64,000 nucleotides of DNA from the NCBI GenBank assembly GCA_016927685.1, contig JAFGMD010000021.1:21913-85912 (forward strand), in the 5' to 3' direction. Below the pieces are notes generated by a model. It was not told where the DNA came from and searched no databases. It saw only the letters and a list, made by a program, of their open reading frames with translations. This stretch comes from Candidatus Falkowbacteria bacterium (GTDB lineage: Bacteria > Patescibacteriota > Patescibacteriia > CAIXNZ01). Shown in pieces: positions 49,637-60,199 of the stretch. The translations under genes and the position numbers were made by a program. The first letter of the stretch is position 1. Each line of letters begins with the position of its first letter.

Positions 49637-50083
49637 TTATTTTATTTCCGGTTTATCAGTAATCAACTTACCATTCAAATGATCTAGTTCGTGCTGTATT
49701 ACACGGGCAAAAAGTCCACGTGCCCTGAAAAATAAATATTTACCATTTTCATTTTTAGTTAAAACCCAAATTGATTTTGCTCTTTTTACTTTCTTAAAAA
49801 TACCAGGACAGCTTAAGCAACCCTCTTCTTCAACCTCTTTTCTAAATGATCTCCATAAAATTATTGGATTAATAAGAGCCAGGGCGCCTTCGCCAGTATT
49901 AATAGTTACTAAACGTACATTTAGACCAATTTGTGGGGCAGCCAAGCCAATGCCATCACTAGCTTTCATTGTTTCTACCATATCTAAAATAAGCTGTTTT
50001 ACTTCTGGCGTAATAGCTTTAATTTTGGCGTTTTTGGCGCGCAAAATTGGATTTGGCTCTGTAATTATTTGTAATCTTGACAT
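49637..50083 (-). CDS. def: Peptide deformylase
   Basis: GIGLAAPQIG, EGCLS, QHELDHLNG. Confidence 0.97.
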   Translation of the reverse strand: MSRLQIITEPNPILRAKNAKIKAITPEVKQLILDMVETMKASDGIGLAAPQIGLNVRLVTINTGEGALALINPIILWRSFRKEVEEEGCLSCPGIFKKVKRAKSIWVLTKNENGKYLFFRARGLFARVIQHELDHLNGKLITDKPEIK

Positions 50084-50164
50084 ATTATAAAATATAGTGT
50101 AAATTTAGTTATCTGCTATTATAGCAGTTGTTCATAAAAAAATCAAGATGAAGGAGGCCTTTAG

Positions 50165-50755
50165 ATGACAGAGAGAAAAGAGGTTAAGGTAGCAATTTTT
50201 GTTGATGGCCCGAATCTTTACCATATGACTAAAAATCTTGGCTACAGGATTAATTTCAAGGAATTGATTTATACGCTTTGCAATGAAGAAGGCGTTTATC
50301 CTACTATTTTGGAATATTTCTATGATTTTAATCCTAAAAAACCATTGACTGATGGCTTTAATCAATTTCTTGGCATGCTAAAAAGTCTTAGTTTTAACAT
50401 TATACCAGTTGAATTAAAATCATACTACGGCAAAAATCAGTATAAAGATTTCAAAAGCAGAACAGATTCGGCCATAAATTTCAGAGTTGGAAAATATCTT
50501 GCTCAAAATATTTTTGACACCATTATTTTGATTTCTGGAGATAGTGATTTTGAATATTTAACTAAAGAATGCAAGAATGCCGGAAAGCAAGTTATTATTA
50601 TTGCCATCACTGAGCAGATAGCAAATAATTTATATAACTATGCGGATATGGTTCTTTGTCTTGATAAATTAAATCAAAAAGGAAGGAAGCTTCTTTTGCC
50701 TATTCCAGAAAGGCACGATGAAGCTGATGAATTTCCTCAAGAAAATACAAGATAA
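50165..50755 (+). CDS. NYN (LabA/DUF88) domain protein
   Basis: FVDGPN, D, LISGDSDF, G..V motifs; AAGGAGG SD. Confidence 0.88.
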   Translation: MTERKEVKVAIFVDGPNLYHMTKNLGYRINFKELIYTLCNEEGVYPTILEYFYDFNPKKPLTDGFNQFLGMLKSLSFNIIPVELKSYYGKNQYKDFKSRTDSAINFRVGKYLAQNIFDTIILISGDSDFEYLTKECKNAGKQVIIIAITEQIANNLYNYADMVLCLDKLNQKGRKLLLPIPERHDEADEFPQENTR

Positions 50756-50801
50756 AACACTAGTTAAATTTATAACCTGTCATTAAAAATGACGGGTTTT
50801 T

Positions 50802-52712
50802 TTATATCAAACTTAGCGGCTTAACATCGATAATAACATCGTCGGGCAATTTTTTTAAAAAATCTATATTTGTATTATCTTTTAATATTTTTATAATCAT
50901 TTGCCAGCGAAAACGGCCACGCACCTGTTGTGAATAAATTAAATTAGGGGAACTAATAAAAACTTCATTATTTTTTGCCTGTAACTCTAATATTTTATAA
51001 ATTTCGTTTGCTTCCTTTTGTCCGGCATTAAATTTATAACTTTGGTAAATAAGTTTAATTATTTTTACAAATGGTGGCAAATTAACTGCTTTTCTTTCCT
51101 CTAATTCTTGTCCGTAAAAACTTTGAAAATCAAGCTTGATTAAATATTTAAAAATATAATTATTTATGGCAAGAGTTTGGATTATTATTTTTTTATTTTC
51201 TTTTCCTAAAAATAAAATCATTTTTGCTAGTAAATCGAAAGTTCTTTCTGTGCTTTTAAAATCAGGTATATACAGCGAAGTATCAGCGCTGATTACTCCA
51301 ATAAGATTTATCGTTTGCCAGTTTATAAAATCAAAAGCATACTGCGTGCCAATAATAATGTCATAATTGGACAAATCTTTTTCTGGTTGCGGAGTTTTTA
51401 TGTCAATCTTGGTAATTTTAGCTTTGGGAAAAAGTTTTTTTATTTCCTGCTCTACTTTCTCGGTTCCTGCGCCAGACAATTTAATATTTGGGCTTTTGCA
51501 TTCTGGGCAAAATAAGGTTAAATCTTCTTCAAAACCGCAATGACCGCAAGTCATTTTTTTATTGGCATAATAGGTAAGGGGCAATTTACAAGCAGGACAT
51601 TGTAAGGATTGTCCGCAATCCTGGCAAATTGCTAATGTGGCTATGCCTTTGCGATTTAAAAATAAAAATATTTTTTCTTTCTTTTTTAAATTATTTTCTA
51701 TATCCTTAATTAATTCCTCGCTAAAAATACTATAATTGCCCTTTTTAAATTCTTCTTTTTTATCAATAATTTTGATTTGGGGTAATTGGGTGGCCTTATT
51801 AATTTCAAAAAACTCCCAATCGCCATTTTTAGTTTTATAAATACTATCCAGTGATGGTGTTGTAGAAGTCAAAATCAACTTCGCCCCTAATAAATCTTTA
51901 ATTTTTGAAGCTACTGCTTTGGCATTATAACGGGGGTTTGGCTCTTCTTGCTTATGATTTTCATTATCTTCTTCATTAATTATTATCAGGTCCAGATTAT
52001 TAAATGGCGCAAAAATCGCGCTACGAGTACCAATAATAATTTTTGCTTGCCCTGATTTAATCTTATTGTATTCTTCAAAATATTTATTCATGGGCAAATC
52101 ATTTAAAAAAACAGAGGTTTGCTCTTTATAATCTCCCAAGTACTGGAAAATCTTTTTAATATTGATTAATTGCGGGCAAATAATGGCAACTTGCTTATTT
52201 TGCTTAATAACTTTTTCAACTGTGCCTAAATAAATTTTAATTTTTGTGTCAGCGTCAAAATATTGTAATAAAACTGGCTTGGTTAGATTATAAAAATCAT
52301 TAATATCAATTTTTTCTTTTGGCGCTGAAATAAATTGTAAATTTTTTAAAAATTTTTCTTCCGAACTCTTGACTCGTTTAGGTATATCGGGGATTATCAT
52401 TTTCAATAAAACCCCCATGGAAACAAAATAATATTCTGATAAATCTCTGATTAAATCCAATTGCCATTTAGCTAAAAAGGGTAGAGGATCGATAATTTTA
52501 CTAATTGGTTTTAATTCAAATTCATTCTGGCTTTTTTCACCCGTCAAATTTAAAATAACCCCTTTAACAAATTGTTTTCTAAAGGGGATTTCTACTAATT
52601 GTCCAACTTGCGCTTGCTCTTGCATATTCGAAGGTATCTCGTAATCAAAAAAATGCATGTCACGCTTTAAGCGCAAAGCGGGAATAACTTGGGCAATCCT
52701 ATTTTTCCTCAT
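50802..52712 (-). CDS. priA: Primosomal protein N'
   Basis: IGTRSAIFAP, PRY.A, LFLNRKG, four CxxC, G.GTEKVE; Walker motifs look degenerate. Confidence 0.92.
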   Translation of the reverse strand: MRKNRIAQVIPALRLKRDMHFFDYEIPSNMQEQAQVGQLVEIPFRKQFVKGVILNLTGEKSQNEFELKPISKIIDPLPFLAKWQLDLIRDLSEYYFVSMGVLLKMIIPDIPKRVKSSEEKFLKNLQFISAPKEKIDINDFYNLTKPVLLQYFDADTKIKIYLGTVEKVIKQNKQVAIICPQLINIKKIFQYLGDYKEQTSVFLNDLPMNKYFEEYNKIKSGQAKIIIGTRSAIFAPFNNLDLIIINEEDNENHKQEEPNPRYNAKAVASKIKDLLGAKLILTSTTPSLDSIYKTKNGDWEFFEINKATQLPQIKIIDKKEEFKKGNYSIFSEELIKDIENNLKKKEKIFLFLNRKGIATLAICQDCGQSLQCPACKLPLTYYANKKMTCGHCGFEEDLTLFCPECKSPNIKLSGAGTEKVEQEIKKLFPKAKITKIDIKTPQPEKDLSNYDIIIGTQYAFDFINWQTINLIGVISADTSLYIPDFKSTERTFDLLAKMILFLGKENKKIIIQTLAINNYIFKYLIKLDFQSFYGQELEERKAVNLPPFVKIIKLIYQSYKFNAGQKEANEIYKILELQAKNNEVFISSPNLIYSQQVRGRFRWQMIIKILKDNTNIDFLKKLPDDVIIDVKPLSLI

Positions 52713-53229
52713 GTCTGCTAACCGTGAATTTATAAACCACAAATTTATCGGCCTTAGGATCAATGCCTGCTTTTTGGCAGGCAATATTAATCTGCTTTTC
52801 TACGGTATTTACTCCTTCCAAATTGGGGAGGAGTAAGCCGCTGGCAAAACCATCTTCCGTTTTAACCATAACGCCATGAACTTTTGGATTCAGCTTCTTG
52901 ATATCTTTTTCTGCAACTAGCTCAGGAGTGCTGAGAACATCAATTGAAACAGTTACGTCCCTCAACTCTTTAGCAGATACCGGCAAAAAACGGGGATCTT
53001 GCGTGGCAGCTGAAATTGTACTATTAATAATTTCTTCTGCCACATTTTCCTGCGTTGGCATATAGGTGCCAATGCAACCACGCAATTCGCCCTTGTTTTT
53101 GAAACAGACAAAAACACCTGCCTGCGTATTTAGCATTTCAGCAGGCAGATCTTTTGACGGCTCAATGGTCTTGCCATGCAAAAGATATTCTTTGATTGCC
53201 TCTTTGGCTAAATTTATATAAGCGTCCAT
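52699..53229 (-). CDS. amrA: AmmeMemoRadiSam protein A (AMMECR1)
   Basis: GVFV..LRGCIGT, DPRF, GLLLP, KAGI. Confidence 0.9.
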   Translation of the reverse strand: MDAYINLAKEAIKEYLLHGKTIEPSKDLPAEMLNTQAGVFVCFKNKGELRGCIGTYMPTQENVAEEIINSTISAATQDPRFLPVSAKELRDVTVSIDVLSTPELVAEKDIKKLNPKVHGVMVKTEDGFASGLLLPNLEGVNTVEKQINIACQKAGIDPKADKFVVYKFTVSRHEEK

Positions 53230-53301
53230 ATGGTATATAGTAGCATAAATAAAATAAAATAAAAAAGCCGCGGGATTTCTCTTACGGCTTTTTAACTATA
53301 T

Positions 53302-54090
53302 TTATAGAAATTTAAAATTGGCCACTAAATAACCCACTCCAAAGGGGCCTTCGTAAGAATAAACTTCTGGCTCATATTTATATTCGTCTAAAATGCCTAA
53401 TAAAATTATAAATGAACGCAGACCGCACTCTGCTGCCTTATCAATTAATTTAGGATCCATTTTTATGATGCCGCGTACATCTTTGCGCTGTAATAATTGT
53501 ATGAATTTTTTATCAAATTCTGCTCCCTTAGGCGAATAGCGGGCTGGCGCGTCTTCTGTCAATGCGTGAGACATATCACCAGAAGCAATCACAGCAATTC
53601 TTTTTTCGCTTTTAGCAATTTCTTTTTTTAATAACTGACCAAATTCAAAATGGCTCTGATAATCTAAAAAACTGTAGCAAATTGGCAGAATTTCAATTCC
53701 TTTAAGGTGTTTGGTTAAATAAAATAAGGGAACTCCGATTCCGTGATCAAGTTGTTCTATGCTGGTTAAAACTATGGGCAATGTGCCTTCAATCCTTTCT
53801 TTTATTTTCATGGCTAAAAGGGAAGAGCTGCGGAATTCCATTTTAGTTGTAAAATCTCCAAATTGCTCGAAATTAGCATTATATTTGGTATTTAAATTCA
53901 AACAAAAGGCATCGGGAATTATTTCGCCATGAGGCGATATAACTATAATAATATCTGGCTTACTGGCATATAAATCAGTTTCCAATTTTTTCATGGCCTC
54001 TGCTGTATTTTTAATTTTATCTAAATTGTCCTTTCCAATTGTAGGAATTAAAATTGGCGGATGAGGACAAATAGCTGAGAAGACTAGCAT
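53302..54090 (-). CDS. amrB: AmmeMemoRadiSam protein B / LigB-like
   Basis: PHPP, SPH, DHG, SGDMSH, ECG, YEGPFGVGY. Confidence 0.85.
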   Translation of the reverse strand: MLVFSAICPHPPILIPTIGKDNLDKIKNTAEAMKKLETDLYASKPDIIIVISPHGEIIPDAFCLNLNTKYNANFEQFGDFTTKMEFRSSSLLAMKIKERIEGTLPIVLTSIEQLDHGIGVPLFYLTKHLKGIEILPICYSFLDYQSHFEFGQLLKKEIAKSEKRIAVIASGDMSHALTEDAPARYSPKGAEFDKKFIQLLQRKDVRGIIKMDPKLIDKAAECGLRSFIILLGILDEYKYEPEVYSYEGPFGVGYLVANFKFL

Positions 54091-54178
54091 AATTTTAAAA
54101 TATGAAATACGAAATATGAAATACAGAAAAAATTAATCATCCAATCACTTATTTCCAATTTCTTATTTCTTATATCAG

Positions 54179-55579
54179 TTAATTATTTGTCGCAATTGTT
54201 GCGGTTGGAATTAATAAGTCCAAATTTTCACCCTGCGGATGTAAGCTCAAGACTTTATCAGTCACGTCAAATATATCTGTCCAGCTATAACCTAAGGATA
54301 TAAAAGTATTTTCATTAGCAACCCAGCGACGCTGACCATTAGAAATTACATATACCTTGGGATCGCTAGGACTTTTTATTAAAATACCGTCACGAATTTT
54401 TAAGCCGTTAGCTGCTGTAACATATTTATCAAGTTCTTCGGTAGTGACTTTAATAGTGCTGTATTTTTTATTGTAATTAATATTTAAAACATCTTTTGAC
54501 CAAATAGGATATTTTATGCCATCTTCAACATAAAATACACCCCCCGTTTTTGAATCCTGAAGCAGAGCGCCCTGTGGATATAAGCTAGTAAGTGTTATTT
54601 TTCTACCCTCCAAATAATAGCCAAGCTCTTCATCAGTAACATCTATGATCTCATCTGGATTATAACCTATAGCGCGAAAAACTTCATCTGATTCAATTTC
54701 CTTTTTTTCATTGCCGACAATTAAATATATTTTATTGGCAGGGGAGCGAAGTAATGAAAAATTAGCATACTTAATGGGATAGCCCTCTTCATATCTTAAT
54801 AAATCATTTTTAGAAATTTCAATAATTTTGGCATTGGCATAACGGCTGGTTAGGGCTAAATTAGACCAGAATAATCTTCGTTTGCCATTGGCTATTAAAT
54901 ATATTTTAGAATCGCCTGTTTGTTTAACGATTGTACCATCAGGGAAAATTTTAGCAAACCATCGATTCCAAATATTCCAAAAATTAAAATTACCATGCAG
55001 ATGTGGCGTATAATTATATAAATTTGCTGTTGATTGATTATAAGGAACTATTGTCTGATTATCAACTATACTGGATTTGCCTGGTAGAAAATTAAAGTCA
55101 GAAGCATGATCATAATAATATCTTATTCTCCAAGTACCGCGGTCAACTTGCGTGCCAAAACCCTTAAACATGGCAACTTGGGGGTCATCAATAGAACAAG
55201 AATCGCAAACTGCATAACCCATAGCCCAATCAATATTTTTTTGCGATGGAGTCGGATTTGTAATCAAGCTCTGTTCCTTTTGAAGTGTTGCTAAAATCCA
55301 TTTGGGATTTATTTTATATGTCTGGGCAGCATTAAAAATTATTTCAGCCGCTAATTTTTGAACACCATAATTATCAGGAGTTATAAGGCTTTTTAAAACT
55401 CCATTTTGGTTATTTAAAAATTCTGCAATAGCAGATAAATTCATGGACTGAAAATCAGTCAAATCTCCATCAGAAATAATATCATTTGGATCAAATTCAA
55501 AAGCCAAAAGCTGGCCAAATGGCGCTAAAATAAAACTTATAACAACAATAAAAATAATAATTTTATGATAAATTTTCAT
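54179..55579 (-). CDS. Secreted cell-wall-hydrolase-like protein with CPR surface repeats
   Basis: Signal peptide; INP...L..LQKEQ.L, LY.YTPH; repeated G.L.K...VY.I..G.KR units. Confidence 0.8.
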   Translation of the reverse strand: MKIYHKIIIFIVVISFILAPFGQLLAFEFDPNDIISDGDLTDFQSMNLSAIAEFLNNQNGVLKSLITPDNYGVQKLAAEIIFNAAQTYKINPKWILATLQKEQSLITNPTPSQKNIDWAMGYAVCDSCSIDDPQVAMFKGFGTQVDRGTWRIRYYYDHASDFNFLPGKSSIVDNQTIVPYNQSTANLYNYTPHLHGNFNFWNIWNRWFAKIFPDGTIVKQTGDSKIYLIANGKRRLFWSNLALTSRYANAKIIEISKNDLLRYEEGYPIKYANFSLLRSPANKIYLIVGNEKKEIESDEVFRAIGYNPDEIIDVTDEELGYYLEGRKITLTSLYPQGALLQDSKTGGVFYVEDGIKYPIWSKDVLNINYNKKYSTIKVTTEELDKYVTAANGLKIRDGILIKSPSDPKVYVISNGQRRWVANENTFISLGYSWTDIFDVTDKVLSLHPQGENLDLLIPTATIATNN

Positions 55580-55749
55580 ATATTATATTTTATCATAAAT
55601 TCATGCTTCTTTCAATAAATAAAAAGATCGCCTGCATAATTACGGACCTAACCCTCTAACCCCGGATTCAGCGAAAGCTGATACCGGGGTCTTTTTCTAT
55701 CCAAAAAATATTTTGACATATTCTTTTACTATTGCTAATATATTTTTAC

Positions 55750-56063
55750 GAGGGAATATGTCTGTGAAAAATAGCTCGGTTTGCTAGCGACAAAGAGCGA
55801 AAAGGCCATCCAATTGAAATACGCATTAACACTATGTGGCAGAAATGTCAGGTGGATGCGTTCCTCATGAAAAAATTGTGGGGTGGTGCCATACCCTGCG
55901 TACTGCACTGAGCGAGGTGCGCGGGAGCAAACCTGCCCATGATGCCGAAACCCCCATGTTTCTCGTTTTGCGGGACCGCATGCCAACGGGAACCTAGGGC
56001 GGCTGTCGCCACGTGCCTAGTTATGGGACCGGAGAAAAAAGCTCTGTTTTTACAGACTACCTC
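55750..56063 (+). ncRNA. Candidate ~315-nt structured ncRNA
   Basis: TTGACA-17-TAATAT promoter, terminal stem 55760-55776/56040-56057, internal helices, strong terminator 56071-56110, no sense ORF of note. Confidence 0.65.
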
Positions 56064-56146
56064 AAGTCGTGCCCCGGCGAGTTATGTACAAACTTGCCGG
56101 GGCCTTTTTTATTGACAAAAAGAGTTATATTTGTTAAGCTGCCAAT

Positions 56147-56243
56147 AATAACAGTGAGCTGACCTGGCATATAGGATGCTATGGGAACGGCTCGCCCCTC
56201 CAAGCCCCGCTTTCACTGATCATGATTGCGGGGCATTTTTTAT
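56147..56243 (+). ncRNA. Candidate ~95-nt small RNA
   Basis: TTGACA-17-TAAGCT, hairpin 56154-56195, terminator gccccgc/gcggggc plus T-run. Confidence 0.5.
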
Positions 56244-56290
56244 TTAAAAATTAAAAAAGAAACGGATTTACCGCTTCTTTTTTGTTTTAT

Positions 56291-58912
56291 TTATTTAAAA
56301 ACTACTTTATCTTTTATAACATCCACTCTAACCTTTTGCCCTTCTTTTATCTTGCCTTCAATAATTTGCAAGGCTAAATCATCAAGAATTTGATTTTGAA
56401 TCACGCGCTTGAGCGGGCGAGCGCCAAATTGGGGATCAAAACCCTTATTAGCCAAATATTCTTTAAGCGCTTCTGTAAAATCAACTTTAATTTTTTTATC
56501 CAATAATCTTTTTCTGACAATTTCCAACTGCAATTCAATAATTTTTTCGATTTCTTTTTTTGCCAGAGGATGAAAAATAATTATTTCATCCAAACGATTA
56601 ATAAATTCCGGCTTGAAATGCGACTTTAAAGCTTCATTAACTCGTTCTTTCATTTTCTCCTCATCAACTTTTTCATTTGTTCTGACTGACTTATCTTCAA
56701 AACCAAGAGTAACTTCTTTTAAAAGCTGATTGCCTAAATTAGAAGTCATAATTATAATAGCATTTTTAAAATTTACTATTCGGCCCTTGGCATCAGTCAA
56801 ACGGCCATCATCAAGTAACTGCAACAGAATATTAAAAACCTCTGGATGAGCTTTTTCAATTTCATCAAATAAAACCACAGAATATGGACGTCTACGAATC
56901 TGTTCAGTTAATTGTCCGCCTTCATCATAGCCAATATAACCGGGAGGGGAGCCAATAAACTTGGAAATAGAATGTTTCTCCATATATTCTGACATATCCA
57001 CGCGAATCATGGCATCTTCATCACTAAACATAAATTCTGCCAAGGCCTTGGCTAATTCAGTTTTGCCTACGCCGGTTGGGCCCAAGAAGATAAATGAGCC
57101 AATTGGCTTATTTTCCTCGCCAACGCCTGCGCGTGAGCGTCTAATAGCGTTTGCCACGGCTGAAATGGCCTCTTCCTGGCCAATTACGCGCTTTTTTAAC
57201 TCATCTTCAGCGTGAGCAAGCTTAGCCATTTCTGATTGCAGCATTTTGGAAACAGGAATGCCTGTCCAGCGAGAAACAACTGCCGCTATATCTTCCTCAG
57301 TTACTTCTTCTTTTAATATTTTATTTTCTTTTTGAATGAGGGCTAATTTTTTTTCTAAAGACTTGATGTCTTTTTCCAAAGCCGGAATCGTGCCATAGCG
57401 AATTTCTGCAACTTTTTGCAATTCTGATTTTCTTTCCAAAATATCTGCTTCTTGTTTTAGAGAATCAATTTTCTTTTTAGCCTCGCGGATTTTTGTAATA
57501 ATTTCCTTTTCATTTTTCCAGTGTAATTCCAATTGGTTTGATTTTTCTTTCAAATCATTCAGTTCCTTATTTAGATTTTTCAAATTTTCTTTGGCCTCTT
57601 TTTCTGATTCATTTTTTAGCGCGGCTTTTTCGATTTCCAACTGTTTAATTTTTCTTTTCATTTTGTCCAAATCTTCGGGCATAGAATCAATTTCCATGCG
57701 CAAGGCCGATGTTGCTTCGTCAATCAAATCAACTGCCTTATCAGGCAAAAAACGATCGGTGATATAGCGCTGTGAAAATTCAGCTGCTGCAGTAATTGCT
57801 GAATCAGTAATTCTCACACCGTGATGAACTTCATATTTTTCTTTAATGCCACGCAAAATGGCAATCGTATCTTCAATTGACGGCTCTAAAACCATAACCG
57901 GTTGAAATCTGCGTTCTAGGGCCGGATCTTTTTCAATATGTTTTTGATATTCTTTCAGGGTTGTTGCGCCAATGGCATGCAATTTACCGCGAGCCAAAGC
58001 AGGCTTTAACATATTAGAAGCATCCATCGAGCCTTCGATAGCGCCGGCGCCCACTACAGTATGCAATTCATCTATAAATAAAATAATCTGGCCATTGGAA
58101 TTTTCTACTTCTTTTAAAACAGCTTTTAATCTATCTTCAAATTCACCACGAAATTTTGTACCTGCTATCAAAGATCCCAAATCCAAAGCAATCACTTCTT
58201 TATTTTTTAAAGTTTCCGGCACATCACCGGCTACAATTCTTTGTGCCAGGCCTTCGGCAATAGCAGTTTTGCCAACACCTGCTTCGCCGATTAAAACCGG
58301 GTTATTTTTTGTCCTGCGAGAAAGTACTTGCATAACACGTCTAATTTCAGAATCACGGCCAATAACGGGGTCTAATTTTTCCTGTCTGGCCATCTCAGTT
58401 AAATTTTGCGCGTATTTTTCTAAAACCTGAAATTTTGATTCTGGCTCGGGATCAGTTATTCTGGTTGAACCGCGTAATTGCGCTAAGAGCTTTAAAACCT
58501 CGTCATATTTAATTTCAAAACTTTCCAAAAGCGTTTTAACTTTGGATTTAGTATTGAGCATGGAGAGAAATAAATGCTCTGTAGAAATATATTCATCCTT
58601 GAGATCTTTAGCTTCTTTTTCACTTCCAGCTAAAATGCGCGCCAAATCTTCAGTTAAAAACATCTGGGTTAAATTAACTTCAACCTTGCTTTTAGGCATT
58701 GATTCAATGGCACGCGAAATTTCTTTTTTTAAATTTGCCGCTTCTACTTCCAGCTTTTTTATAATAGTCAAAACCAAGCTGTCTTCTTGAAGTAATAGAG
58801 CAGCGAGTAAATGCAGAGCATCAACTTGCTGATTATGATTGTCAACAGCTATTTCTTGCGCGTGGCGCAAAGCCTCCTGCGATTTTGTAGTAAATTTGTT
58901 TATATTAAACAT
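56291..58912 (-). CDS. clpB: Chaperone ClpB
   Basis: Two AAA+ domains ([16 protein letters not shown]), coiled-coil middle domain, GARPLKR. Confidence 0.97.
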   Translation of the reverse strand: MFNINKFTTKSQEALRHAQEIAVDNHNQQVDALHLLAALLLQEDSLVLTIIKKLEVEAANLKKEISRAIESMPKSKVEVNLTQMFLTEDLARILAGSEKEAKDLKDEYISTEHLFLSMLNTKSKVKTLLESFEIKYDEVLKLLAQLRGSTRITDPEPESKFQVLEKYAQNLTEMARQEKLDPVIGRDSEIRRVMQVLSRRTKNNPVLIGEAGVGKTAIAEGLAQRIVAGDVPETLKNKEVIALDLGSLIAGTKFRGEFEDRLKAVLKEVENSNGQIILFIDELHTVVGAGAIEGSMDASNMLKPALARGKLHAIGATTLKEYQKHIEKDPALERRFQPVMVLEPSIEDTIAILRGIKEKYEVHHGVRITDSAITAAAEFSQRYITDRFLPDKAVDLIDEATSALRMEIDSMPEDLDKMKRKIKQLEIEKAALKNESEKEAKENLKNLNKELNDLKEKSNQLELHWKNEKEIITKIREAKKKIDSLKQEADILERKSELQKVAEIRYGTIPALEKDIKSLEKKLALIQKENKILKEEVTEEDIAAVVSRWTGIPVSKMLQSEMAKLAHAEDELKKRVIGQEEAISAVANAIRRSRAGVGEENKPIGSFIFLGPTGVGKTELAKALAEFMFSDEDAMIRVDMSEYMEKHSISKFIGSPPGYIGYDEGGQLTEQIRRRPYSVVLFDEIEKAHPEVFNILLQLLDDGRLTDAKGRIVNFKNAIIIMTSNLGNQLLKEVTLGFEDKSVRTNEKVDEEKMKERVNEALKSHFKPEFINRLDEIIIFHPLAKKEIEKIIELQLEIVRKRLLDKKIKVDFTEALKEYLANKGFDPQFGARPLKRVIQNQILDDLALQIIEGKIKEGQKVRVDVIKDKVVFK

Positions 58913-58933
58913 AGTATTAAGATTGTAAAATAA

Positions 58934-58960
58934 TTAGCACTCTCACTTTACGAGTGCTAA
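58934..58960. promoter_or_regulatory. CIRCE (HrcA operator) upstream of clpB
   Basis: Perfect TTAGCACTC-N9-GAGTGCTAA. Confidence 0.95.
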
Positions 58961-59068
58961 TACTAGTATAAAAAAACAAATGCATATTGTCAAGTAATTG
59001 AGTTGACAAAATTTAATATAGTGTTAAGTTTAATTTGTACCTTAAAATCAAATAAAAAGGAGGTTGTT

Positions 59069-60148
59069 ATGGAGTACGGATTTCGCGGTGTTAAAATTTT
59101 TGCATTGGAAGGGTCTGATCTCCTGGCTAATAAGGTTTGCCAGGAGCTAAACAACAAACTGCCTGATTCAATGAAGCCAGATGATGGTCTTAAGCTGATA
59201 AAGGTTGTGCTTGATGATTTTGACAACGAAAATGTCCAGGTGCAGATTGAAAAAGTTCGGGGCTACTTCACGGTCGTTATTCACACCCAATGCCCGCCAG
59301 TAAATACTCGGCTGATGGAATTATTCGCCTTGCTGGACGCTATTTACAATTCTAATCCGGCTGATTTGCTTCTGGCCTTTCCTTACATGCCTTATGCGCG
59401 TTCAGACCGCAAGGACCAGCCCAGGATTTCTGTCATGAGCAAGGTCCTGGCAGAAACATTCAATAATGTGCTGGGCGTCAGACGAGTTTTGTTGCTTGAC
59501 CCACATGACTCTCATGTTAAGCATTATTTCAAGCCTTCGGCTGATGAAATCTCTTCAATTTATATGTATGCTGATTTTCTGCTCTATTGGATTGAAGAAA
59601 ACTTGGGCGGCAAAAAAGACGATGTCCTTATTGCTTTTTCAGACGGCGGAGCAGCCAAGCGCTTTCACAAATTGCCAAAAATTACTGGCTTACGTCACGA
59701 CTACATTGACAAGATAAGACTTGACAATAAGGGAACTATTAAAATTGAAAGAGACATTGATTGTCAGGGAAAAACCTGCTTTATGGTTGACGATGAACTT
59801 TGCTCAGGCGGAACAGCCATTGAAGATGCCAAAGCCTTGAACAAAAACCGAGCAGCTAAAATTATTATGCTTGCTCCTCATGCGCCGTTGTCCAAAAAAC
59901 GCATGGAGTCCAGGGATCTGATTGCCCGTTTGAATGATTCGCCAATTGATCATTTTTTGTTCACTGACACGATACCGAGTGATGACAAAATTCAGGGAGA
60001 AAAAAAATTTCACATCTTATCAGTTGCTGGTCTTTTAGCTGAAGCCATTGCCCAAACCATTGCCAATGATTCAGTTACTAAGCTCCATGAGCCTGACAAT
60101 GTCCAACTCTACCGTCCAGATTACTCCAAACTAATACTGCCTCTTTAA
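59069..60148 (+). CDS. prs: Ribose-phosphate pyrophosphokinase family protein (divergent)
   Basis: PYMPYARSDRK, LDPH, DGGA, VDDE..SGGT; AAGGAGG SD. Confidence 0.85.
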   Translation: MEYGFRGVKIFALEGSDLLANKVCQELNNKLPDSMKPDDGLKLIKVVLDDFDNENVQVQIEKVRGYFTVVIHTQCPPVNTRLMELFALLDAIYNSNPADLLLAFPYMPYARSDRKDQPRISVMSKVLAETFNNVLGVRRVLLLDPHDSHVKHYFKPSADEISSIYMYADFLLYWIEENLGGKKDDVLIAFSDGGAAKRFHKLPKITGLRHDYIDKIRLDNKGTIKIERDIDCQGKTCFMVDDELCSGGTAIEDAKALNKNRAAKIIMLAPHAPLSKKRMESRDLIARLNDSPIDHFLFTDTIPSDDKIQGEKKFHILSVAGLLAEAIAQTIANDSVTKLHEPDNVQLYRPDYSKLILPL

Positions 60149-60199
60149 TTAAAACAAGCCCTTCTTATAAAAGAAGGGCTTTTTTATTTTCAAAAGTAT

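Noticed and set aside
55750-56063. RNase P RNA, tmRNA or group II intron
   Set aside because: Lacks GAGGAAAGTCC, tRNA-like ends with a tag ORF, and a domain V motif; the 3' ttacagac resemblance to RNase P is too slight
56961-58790. Plus-strand ORFs inside clpB (and similar ones inside rlmN, alaS, rpoA)
   Set aside because: Antisense shadows of conserved genes
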